64,000 nucleotides of DNA. Origin: Acidobacteriota bacterium. GTDB taxonomy: Bacteria; Acidobacteriota; UBA4820; DSQY01. The notes beneath the pieces were generated by a model that made no database searches, was not told where the DNA came from, and saw only the letters and a list, made by a program, of their open reading frames with translations. A program made the position numbers and the translations under genes. Where the stretch lies: positions 25,812-89,811 of the forward strand of contig JBAWEQ010000259.1 in assembly GCA_049591295.1 (NCBI GenBank), in the 5' to 3' direction. Of this stretch, positions 57,082 to 64,000 are shown piece after piece (within the stretch, counting starts at the first letter, position 1; each line of letters begins with the position of its first letter).

Positions 57082-57921
57082 GTGCAAATTACTCCCACGG
57101 ACCAAACCCCCCGCATCGCCCTGTTCATCGACTTCGACAACGGGCAGCTGGACATCACGCGTGTCCTGAACGCGCTCAGGGAGCGGGGCATCATCATCCT
57201 GAAGAAGGCTTACGGGGACTGGGCCAAGTTCCCCCAGTTCCGCAAGACCCTGGCCGAAAACGGCGTGGACCTGGTGGAGCGGCCCACCATCTTCGCCGGA
57301 GGCGACAAGAACGGCGCCGACATCCAGCTCGCCGTGGATGCGCTGGAGGCCTGCCTGACGAACCACCACATCGACGTCTTCGCCGTGGTCAGCGGGGACA
57401 GCGACTTCCTGCCCCTCATCTCCCGCCTCCAGGCCTACAACAAGAAGGTAGTGATCATCGGGATGCGCCAGACCACCTCCTCGGTGGTCATGAAGAACTG
57501 CAACGAGTACCTCGCCTACGAGAACATCGTGGATCCTCTTCAGGCCACGGAGGCCATGGTCGGCGAGACCAAGGAGACCGACCCGAAGGACCTTCCCAAG
57601 GCCTTCGCCATCCTCAAGCGCGCCATCGCCCTGCTGGAGGACGAGGATCGTTCGGTGGACTCCTCCAACCTCAAGCAGAAGATGCTCCAGCTCAGCCCCA
57701 CCTTCGACGAGAAGAGCTTCGGCTTCAGCCAGTTCAAGGCCTTCCTCGCCGAGGCCCAGCGGCGCAAGATCATCCACATCGGCAAGAAGGTCGATGGCGC
57801 CTATCCCATCGTGCTGGGGCGGATGGGCCGGCTTCTGGAGGACGGAGAAGAGGAGGGCGAGGCCGAGGTGCAGGCCACGCCCGCCAAGAAGCCCAAGAAG
57901 CGCCGCAGCGGCAACCGCTGA
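57082..57921 (+). CDS. NYN-domain (LabA-like PIN nuclease fold) protein with C-terminal OST-HTH/LOTUS domain; GTG start after an AAGGAG RBS
   Basis: N-terminal IALFIDFDN...VVSGDSDF NYN signature, a central linker, and a C-terminal OST-HTH-like segment (KDLPKAFAILKRAIALL). Confidence 0.7.
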   Translation: MQITPTDQTPRIALFIDFDNGQLDITRVLNALRERGIIILKKAYGDWAKFPQFRKTLAENGVDLVERPTIFAGGDKNGADIQLAVDALEACLTNHHIDVFAVVSGDSDFLPLISRLQAYNKKVVIIGMRQTTSSVVMKNCNEYLAYENIVDPLQATEAMVGETKETDPKDLPKAFAILKRAIALLEDEDRSVDSSNLKQKMLQLSPTFDEKSFGFSQFKAFLAEAQRRKIIHIGKKVDGAYPIVLGRMGRLLEDGEEEGEAEVQATPAKKPKKRRSGNR

Positions 57922-57933
57922 AATACCGGGCGT

Positions 57934-59406
57934 TCACCGCGCGCTGGGTTTCGAGCCCTCGGAACCGCCCCAGGACACCTGGTCCACCGTGACGAAGCGG
58001 TAATTCTGTCTCTTGAGGGATTCGATCAGGGTGGGCAGGATCACGTCCGCCCGCATGTCGCCCTGCCGTTCGGTGCCTAGGTGCATGAGCACGATGCCTC
58101 CGTCCACTCCGTCGGGGGCCGTTGCGGCCCTCTTGAGAAGCCCGGCGAGGATCTGCTGCGGGGTGTGAAAGAGCGGGTTGGCCGGTGAGGCGACCCAATC
58201 CAAGGTATCCAGGTGGGGGGTCCAGTACACCGCGCTGAATCCCGCGTCATGGGCCCAGCCCAAGATCTCCGAGTTGAATTCGCCGAAGGGTGCCCGCCAG
58301 TAGGGTGCCATGGTCTTCCCCGTGATGAGCTTGTAGAGATCGGCGGCCTTCAGGAGCTGGTCGCGCACGAAGTCCTCCGTCACTCCCGGGAGCGTGGCCT
58401 GCCGGTGATCGAAGGAGTAGGTCGTCAGGTGGGGATGGCTGAAGGTGTGGTTGCCCACCACGTACCCCGCGTCCGCGATCCGCCGGACCAAATCGGGATA
58501 GTGCCGCATGTACATGCCGGTGAGGAAGAAGGTGGCGCGGACGTGCTCCTTCTGGAGATCGTCCAGGATGGCCTCGGTGGCGCTGTCGTTGGAGCCGCCG
58601 TCGAAGGTCAGGAGCACCTCGTGCTGTCCCACGGGCGCCCGGATCAGGTTGTAGCTGCCGCCCAGCGCTTCGTTGACAGCTTCCGTGGGCGCCTCCAGCC
58701 TGGCGGGCGCCGCCCGCAGATCGACCCGCACGGCGGGGCCGTAGGAGGAGTTGCCCCGGTTGTCGAAATACCTGGCCTGGAGGATGTTTCGGGGCTGGGT
58801 GAGCGGCACGGCCGCGAAGCTCCACTGTCCCTGCTTGCAGAGCTGGACGCTCACCCTCTGGCCGTTCATGTAGAGGCCCACCATGGCTTCGGGCGGCGCG
58901 TGCCCCCGGACCTCGATGGTATTCGTCGTCACCTCGGCGCCGTTCACCGGCTCGTCGATGACGATGGACCCGGGCGACTCCCAGTCCACTTTCTCTTGGT
59001 CGAGTTCACGCTCGTGCACCGTCCCGAACTTGGGAAGTACCGCCTCCGGCGCGGGCATGAAGCGGTCCGCGTTCATGGAGAACCACACCGCCAGACCGCC
59101 CCCCGCCAGCAGGCAGCCGAACAGGACGATCCGGAACCAGATTCCACCCAGGGCCGTCCGGTTCCACGCCTTCAGACGGTTCAGCCGCTCCTTCCTCCCG
59201 GTCAGCCTGGCGCACCGCCGCGAGCAGAAGATGTGGCCGGCGGTCCGGATCTGGCAGCTCGGGCAGATGGGTCTCCTGCACTCGTAGCATCTGCGGCGGG
59301 CCGTCTTGGTTGGGTGGCGGAAGCACGGCGCCCCCGCTGGACGCTCCTCGGTCATCCAGTTAGGATAGCGCGATTCCCGGAAGGCTTCTCTCCCTTCTTC
59401 CTGCAA
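57934..59406 (-). CDS. Polysaccharide deacetylase (NodB homology, CE4) with N-terminal Cys-rich zinc-ribbon/B-box segment and a TM helix
   Basis: TFDGGSND and HTFSHP CE4 motifs. The N-terminal segment reads CFRHP...CYECRRPICPSCQ...CSRRC. Confidence 0.7.
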   Translation of the reverse strand: MQEEGREAFRESRYPNWMTEERPAGAPCFRHPTKTARRRCYECRRPICPSCQIRTAGHIFCSRRCARLTGRKERLNRLKAWNRTALGGIWFRIVLFGCLLAGGGLAVWFSMNADRFMPAPEAVLPKFGTVHERELDQEKVDWESPGSIVIDEPVNGAEVTTNTIEVRGHAPPEAMVGLYMNGQRVSVQLCKQGQWSFAAVPLTQPRNILQARYFDNRGNSSYGPAVRVDLRAAPARLEAPTEAVNEALGGSYNLIRAPVGQHEVLLTFDGGSNDSATEAILDDLQKEHVRATFFLTGMYMRHYPDLVRRIADAGYVVGNHTFSHPHLTTYSFDHRQATLPGVTEDFVRDQLLKAADLYKLITGKTMAPYWRAPFGEFNSEILGWAHDAGFSAVYWTPHLDTLDWVASPANPLFHTPQQILAGLLKRAATAPDGVDGGIVLMHLGTERQGDMRADVILPTLIESLKRQNYRFVTVDQVSWGGSEGSKPSAR

Positions 59407-59407
59407 A

Positions 59408-59457
59408 GGGGAGGTTGGATTGGGGATTGGGGATTTTGGGGCATGGGATTTGGGGGG
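59408..59457. repeat. G-rich dispersed motif copy B (GGGGAGGTTGGATTGGGGATTGGGGATTTTGGGGCATGGGATTTGGGGGG); G-quadruplex-capable
   Basis: Six or more runs of G3-6 on the plus strand in a divergent intergenic region. It is related to the 17046 and 3545 copies. Confidence 0.6.
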
Positions 59458-59595
59458 TGCTGGCCATCACCCGCTGAGCGCCTTTAGGGCCTCCCGCTCC
59501 CTCGCCTCCCGCCTCCGGTTCTCGTACTCCCAAGCGGCGGCCACCCTGGTTGTACCTCCCGGCGACTCACCGTATAGTGCCCGCAGGAGGGATCC

Positions 59596-60003
59596 TTGGA
59601 GCTCAAGAAGATCATCCTCCACTACCTGGACGGGCGGATTGAGCGGGCCTACGCCCCCCTCTTCGAGGAGGGATGCGATCCGGTCCCCACGGTGGATCTC
59701 CAGGGGAGGCCCGAGATGGTCCCGCTGGAACACCTGAAGGCGGCCTTCTTTGTGAGGAGCTTCACCGGCAACCCGGCCTACGACCGGCCCTCCTCTCCCG
59801 AGGAGTGGGAGGTCGACACCGGCGGGAATCTCGTGGGCGTGCTGTTTCACGACGGCGAGACCATCTTCGGAGAGCTTCGGCCCGGAGCCGACGTGGCCAG
59901 GGGCTTCTACCTCACCGTCCTGGACGAACAGGACAACAATCTCCTCATCTACGTCAATCCGGCGAGCCTCCTGGCACCGCCTCGCGAGCCGGAGGCATGC
60001 TGA
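59596..60003 (+). CDS. Hypothetical protein
   Basis: 135 aa with coding-like composition and no recognisable motif. Confidence 0.45.
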   Translation: MELKKIILHYLDGRIERAYAPLFEEGCDPVPTVDLQGRPEMVPLEHLKAAFFVRSFTGNPAYDRPSSPEEWEVDTGGNLVGVLFHDGETIFGELRPGADVARGFYLTVLDEQDNNLLIYVNPASLLAPPREPEAC

Positions 60004-60028
60004 GAATCGGCTCCACCGGCCGTTTCTC

Positions 60029-60973
60029 ATGCAGAGGCGGGAGGGAATCCGCGTGAGCCGTTACGCCCTGGCACGCATCCTCCTGTTCTTTCCGACGCTG
60101 TGGGGCCTCCTGACCCTGGTCTTCTTCCTGAATCGCGCCATGCCCGGGGATCCGGTGGAGATCATGCTGGGAGAGAATGCCGTGCCGGCGCGCAGGATCC
60201 AGATGCGCCACGCCCTCGGGCTGGACCGGCCGCTGGCCGTCCAGTACGGCGATTACCTCGCGGGGCTGGCCACCGGCCGCCTCGGCCGCTCCCTGCGTAC
60301 CGGGCGCCCCGTCTCGGCCGAACTCGCCGACGCCTTTCCCAGAACCCTCGAGCTGGGGTGCTGCGCCATGCTCCTGGCCTTCCTCATCGCGGTGCCCCTG
60401 GGGACCGCGGCGGCCCGCAGACCGGGCGGTGCATGGGACGCCGCGGCCCGGTTCATCTCGAGCGCCGGTTTCTCGCTACCCTCCTTCTTTCTGGGTCCGC
60501 TGCTCATCCTCGCCTTCGCCGTGAAATACCCCTGGTTGCCGGTCTCCGGCGCGGACGCACCCGGCAGCATCGTGCTGCCCTCGCTGGCCCTGGGCCTCCC
60601 TCTCGCCGCCCTCCTCGTCAGGATCGTGCGGACTTCCGTGGGCGAGGAGGCCCATCGGGAGTACGTTCGGGCGGCCCTGGCGAGGGGCCTTCGGGAAGGA
60701 ACCGCCTTCCGACGCCACGCCCTGCGCAACGCCCTTCTCCCCGTGGTCACGGTGGCGGGCCTCCAGTTCGGCGCTGTCTTGACCGGGGCCATCATCACGG
60801 AGAAAATTTTCCGGTGGCCCGGCCTCGGAACGCTGGTCCTGACGGCCATCACGGGCCGTGATTACCCGGTGGTCCAGGGAGCGGTGCTCCTGTTTGCCGT
60901 GACGGTGCTGACCGTCAACCTCGGGACGGATCTCCTGTACGCCCGGATCGATCCGAGGGTGCGCTATGCCTAG
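60029..60973 (+). CDS. ABC transporter permease, OppB/DppB family
   Basis: BPD_transp_1 EAA-like loop (ALARGLREGTAFRRHALRNALLP) and six TM helices. Confidence 0.75.
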   Translation: MQRREGIRVSRYALARILLFFPTLWGLLTLVFFLNRAMPGDPVEIMLGENAVPARRIQMRHALGLDRPLAVQYGDYLAGLATGRLGRSLRTGRPVSAELADAFPRTLELGCCAMLLAFLIAVPLGTAAARRPGGAWDAAARFISSAGFSLPSFFLGPLLILAFAVKYPWLPVSGADAPGSIVLPSLALGLPLAALLVRIVRTSVGEEAHREYVRAALARGLREGTAFRRHALRNALLPVVTVAGLQFGAVLTGAIITEKIFRWPGLGTLVLTAITGRDYPVVQGAVLLFAVTVLTVNLGTDLLYARIDPRVRYA

Positions 60974-61781
60974 GAGGATGCTCGTGCTCATCATCCTGGG
61001 GCTCTGGCTCTTGAGCTCCCTCGCCGCGCCTCTCTTCATCGCGCGCTCCTACGCGAGCCTCGACCTTTCCGCCCGTCTTCAGGGCCCTTCCCTTCAACAC
61101 CCGTTGGGCACCGACGACCTGGGGAGGGATGTCCTGGCCCGCCTCTGCTACGGCGGACGCGTGTCTCTCGGCGTGGTGACCGCGAGCCTCTTCCTGGCTC
61201 TCTGCCTGGGCTCCCTCGTGGGCCTGGCGTCGGGCTATCTAGGAGGGTGGTGCGACCGTGGGACCGTCTTTCTCACCGACGTGCTCCTGGCCCTGCCGGG
61301 CATCCTGCTGGCGATTACCATCCTGGCCTACGTGGGACGCGGAGTAGTGCCGCTCATCTTGGCCCTCTCCTGCACGGCCTGGGTCGGTTACGCCCGCCTG
61401 GCCCGCTCCATGGCGCTCTCCCTCCGGCAGAGGGAGTACACCCAGGCGAGCCTGGCTTCGGGAGCGGGGCTCCCCCGCGTGCTCTTCCGCCACCTCCTGC
61501 CCAACTGCGCAGGCCTCCTCGCGGTCCAGGCCGCCGCGGGGGCCGCCAGCGTCCTGTTGGCGGAGGCCGGCCTCTCCTTCCTCGGTCTGGGCATTCAGCC
61601 GCCCATGCCTTCGTGGGGCGAGATGCTCTCCACCGGCTGCGACTATCTGCTGGAGGCGCCCCACCTCGCGCTCATCCCCGGGGCGGCCATCTTCCTCGTG
61701 ATCTGGGCACTGAATACGCTGGGCGAGGAGATGGCCGCATCCTTCGACCCGAAGGGGAAAGCGATTGCGCTGGCTTTATAG
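60966..61781 (+). CDS. ABC transporter permease, OppC/DppC family
   Basis: BPD_transp_1 signature (QASLASGAGLPRVLFRHLLPN). Overlaps the previous gene. Confidence 0.75.
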   Translation: MPRRMLVLIILGLWLLSSLAAPLFIARSYASLDLSARLQGPSLQHPLGTDDLGRDVLARLCYGGRVSLGVVTASLFLALCLGSLVGLASGYLGGWCDRGTVFLTDVLLALPGILLAITILAYVGRGVVPLILALSCTAWVGYARLARSMALSLRQREYTQASLASGAGLPRVLFRHLLPNCAGLLAVQAAAGAASVLLAEAGLSFLGLGIQPPMPSWGEMLSTGCDYLLEAPHLALIPGAAIFLVIWALNTLGEEMAASFDPKGKAIALAL

Positions 61782-63000
61782 GCTCCTCTCCGTACTCGCG
61801 GCGCCCCTGTGGCTCGCCTACCTCGCCCTGCGCCAGCGGGGAGCTCTCCGCCTCGCGGAGCGGCTCGGCTGCCTTCGACATCGAGAGGACGGCCCCGTGT
61901 GGATTCAGGCCGTTTCCGTCGGAGAGGTCCGAATCGCGCTTCGCTTTGCCCAGGCGCTGAAGGAGCGAGGCCTGCCGTCGGCCCTCACGGTCACGACCGC
62001 AGCCGGGCTCGCCCTGGCTCGTCGCGAGGGCCCTCCGGAGATGGACCCGCAGGCATTTCCCCTCGATCTCCGTTCCTGCGTACAAAGAGCCCTTCGCCGC
62101 CTCAGGCCCCGTGCTCTCGTGCTCGTGGAGACGGAGATCTGGCCCGAACTGTTTAGGGAGGCCACACGCTCCGGCATCCCCGTCCTCATCGTGAACGGCC
62201 GCCTTTCGGACCGCGCGCTGCGCCGGACCGTACGCTTGAGGGCCCTCTACAGCGGCGCGCTGAAGGACGTCCACGTGGCGGCCCAGAGCGAGGAGCACGC
62301 GGCGCGGTTCCGGACGCTGGGCGCCCATCCCGACCGCGTCAGGGTCTACGGAAATCTCAAGTACGACCTGACCCTCCCCCCCACCTTCGAGCAGGTCCGG
62401 ACCGAGCTGGCCGCCCTCGCCGGGCCGGGGCCCTGCTGGGTGGCCGGATCGGTGCGCGAAGGCGAGGAGCGGCTCGTCCTGGAGGCCCACGCGGCCGTGC
62501 GGGAGACCTGCCCTCAGGCCCGGCTCATCCTCGCCCCCCGGCACCTGGATCGGGTGCACGAGTGTCTCGAAGCCGCCGCCTCCCTCGGATTGGGGGCGGC
62601 GCGCCGCACGACCGGGCCCGCCCCAGGATGGGATGTCCTGATCCTGGATACGGTCGGAGAGCTCTGGCCGGCCTATGCCCTGGGGATCCTCGCCTTCGTG
62701 GGCGGCAGCCTTGTCCCCCTGGGCGGTCAGAACGTGCTGGAACCAGCCTTCGTGGGCCGCCCGGTGCTGTTCGGGCCACACACCGAGAACTTCCGGGAGG
62801 AGGCAGAACGGCTGCTGGCCTCGGGCGGCGCCTTCCGGACGGAGGACCCAAGGGAGCTGGCCTGGAGGGTCTCGGCGCTGCTCTCCGATCCGGCCCTGGC
62901 TCGGGCCTGCGGCGAGAAGGCCCTCCAAGCGGCGGAGCAGCACAAGGGGGCTGTCTCTCGCGCCTCCCAGTGGCTCGCCGACCTCCTGCCCGGCCTCTAG
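61765..63000 (+). CDS. waaA: 3-deoxy-D-manno-octulosonic acid (Kdo) transferase
   Basis: Glycos_transf_N motif VWIQAVSVGEV and C-terminal LILDTVGEL...FVGGSL. Confidence 0.8.
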   Translation: MRWLYRLLSVLAAPLWLAYLALRQRGALRLAERLGCLRHREDGPVWIQAVSVGEVRIALRFAQALKERGLPSALTVTTAAGLALARREGPPEMDPQAFPLDLRSCVQRALRRLRPRALVLVETEIWPELFREATRSGIPVLIVNGRLSDRALRRTVRLRALYSGALKDVHVAAQSEEHAARFRTLGAHPDRVRVYGNLKYDLTLPPTFEQVRTELAALAGPGPCWVAGSVREGEERLVLEAHAAVRETCPQARLILAPRHLDRVHECLEAAASLGLGAARRTTGPAPGWDVLILDTVGELWPAYALGILAFVGGSLVPLGGQNVLEPAFVGRPVLFGPHTENFREEAERLLASGGAFRTEDPRELAWRVSALLSDPALARACGEKALQAAEQHKGAVSRASQWLADLLPGL

Positions 63001-63077
63001 CCCGCGGCGCACGGCTGGAACAAATTCCCCTCCCGAGTGTTGGCACTCCTAGCGCCCAGTCTGGGCAGGAGGCCGCC

Positions 63078-64000
63078 GTGAAGGGGTTCAAGGTCTTCGT
63101 CCTCGTCGCCGCCGCATCCCTGGTGGGCCTGCTCCTCTGGAGCGGACGGCCTGCACAGGTGGGCAAGTCTGCACCCGACTTCCCCAAGGCCCAGTGGCTC
63201 AACAGCCCCCCGCTGACCCTTCGCGAGCTTCGCGGAAAGGTGGTCCTGGTGGACTTCTGGGAGTACACCTGCATCAACTGCATCCGCACCCTCCCGTACC
63301 TCAAGGAGTGGTACAAGCGCTACGCCCCCTACGGGCTGGTCATCGTGGGAGTCCACACGCCGGAGTTCCGCGCCTCTTCCATCCCCTCCAACGTGGAAGC
63401 CGCCGTGAAGCGGTTCGGGATCACCTATCCCGTCCTGCTGGACGACCGATACAAGGCCTGGAACGCCTACGGCAATTCCTATTGGCCCCGCGACTACCTC
63501 ATCGACCGGAAGGGTGTCATCCGGTTCGATCACGTGGGGGAGGGGGGCTACGGACGGACGGAGGAGGAGATCCAAGCGCTCCTGCGGGAGGGCGGCACCT
63601 GCCCCAACCTGCCCATCATGGCCCCTGTCCGAGCGACCGACCAGCCCGGCGCCGTCTGCTACCTCACCACGCCGGAGATCTACGTGGGCTCGAACCGCGG
63701 CCACCTCTCCAACCAAGGAGGTTACGCCGGGATCTTCGGCGGACCCGGGGGGGAGGCGGCCGGTGCACCCCAAGAGTCGCAGGGGAGCCCGAGCGGTGCT
63801 CCCTCCTCGATGCTCTCGCCGATGGTGTCCTCCGCCTCCGACCGCCCCTTTTCCGCTCCTCCCCCCGACCGAATCGCGGACGGGCTCCCGGCCCTCGATG
63901 GGCTGTGGGAACCCAGAGGGCAGTATTGCCAGTCGGGCGGGGCCTTCTCCAAGCTTCTCCTGAGGTATCACGCGGCGGGATGCTACGTGGTGGCCGACGC
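63078..64000 (+). CDS. Thiol-disulfide oxidoreductase (redoxin/TlpA-like), GTG start, 3' end beyond the window
   Basis: Found by manual translation: VKGFKVFVLVAAASLVG...GKVVLVDFWEYTCINCIRTLPYL has a CxxC active site in a thioredoxin fold. Not in the ORF track because it has no ATG start. Confidence 0.6.
   Translation, partial: MKGFKVFVLVAAASLVGLLLWSGRPAQVGKSAPDFPKAQWLNSPPLTLRELRGKVVLVDFWEYTCINCIRTLPYLKEWYKRYAPYGLVIVGVHTPEFRASSIPSNVEAAVKRFGITYPVLLDDRYKAWNAYGNSYWPRDYLIDRKGVIRFDHVGEGGYGRTEEEIQALLREGGTCPNLPIMAPVRATDQPGAVCYLTTPEIYVGSNRGHLSNQGGYAGIFGGPGGEAAGAPQESQGSPSGAPSSMLSPMVSSASDRPFSAPPPDRIADGLPALDGLWEPRGQYCQSGGAFSKLLLRYHAAGCYVVAD

Noticed and set aside
62525-63971. Minus-strand ORFs 62525-63316 and 62997-63971, rich in Arg/Gly/Pro
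   Set aside because: They are antisense to waaA and to the redoxin gene and have artefactual composition. The real gene at 63078 onward is on the plus strand, with a GTG start and a CxxC thioredoxin fold.

Overview
High-GC (~65-70%) bacterial chromosomal window, probably from an anaerobic Desulfobacterota/deltaproteobacterium-like genome; the taxonomy is inference from gene content. It is densely packed with metal(loid) resistance and redox-stress genes, and it contains no transposase, integrase, CRISPR array, rRNA or tRNA. Almost every long ORF on the strand opposite a real gene is a GC-composition artefact.

Main blocks, in order:
- 1-3520 (minus): an ArsR-regulated operon with 4-nt overlapping genes. 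It encodes a TlpA-like thioredoxin, CcdA, a small Trx_3 disulfide protein, a periplasmic FmdE-domain protein and an ArsP-type permease carrying the TPFCSCS motif. A perfect 18-bp palindromic operator sits just upstream.
- 3750-6477: an outer-membrane beta-barrel protein, a secreted LCAT-like lipase and a PagL-like lipid A deacylase.
- 6536-16952 (minus): a heavy-metal/oxyanion island. Gene order is an SmtB/ArsR-like regulator, TolC, MFP, an RND pump, an AhpD-like protein, an FmdE domain with a zinc ribbon, a CDF transporter, an OprO/P-like porin and ChrA.
- 17125-24113 (minus): a large orphan PAS/GAF histidine kinase, a Crp/Fnr regulator, and a complete arsR-acr3-arsC-arsM operon.
- 24286-27633: a SAM methyltransferase, UppP and a 561-aa double zinc-ribbon hypothetical.
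- 27634-28352: a 720-bp hairpin-rich non-coding region.
- 29043-34935 (minus): the most unusual locus. A YeiH-like transporter, a CX5R phosphatase and a zinc-ribbon membrane protein precede a DUF2207 membrane protein whose last 22 residues are a (Cys-Ala)7 tail encoded by a simple repeat. Immediately downstream lies an RRE-radical SAM-SPASM maturase, whose 3' end is duplicated about 240 bp further on.
- 35209-38136: a MarR-DoxX-WrbA-VOC-pirin electrophile/quinone cluster.
- 38222-45422: two M3 oligoendopeptidase paralogs flanking an HgdC/HgdAB-like radical 2-hydroxyacyl-CoA dehydratase trio.
- 45490-52882: a TetR-HlyD-2xABC ATPase-2xABC-2 permease-TolC efflux operon (YbhGFSR-like).
- 52930-64000: an alpha/beta hydrolase, an aminotransferase, endonuclease V, a DUF2892 protein, a NYN/OST-HTH protein, a polysaccharide deacetylase, an orphan OppBC-like permease pair, WaaA and a partial redoxin.

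A short G-rich motif (GAGGTKGGATTGGGGA...) recurs in three intergenic regions.
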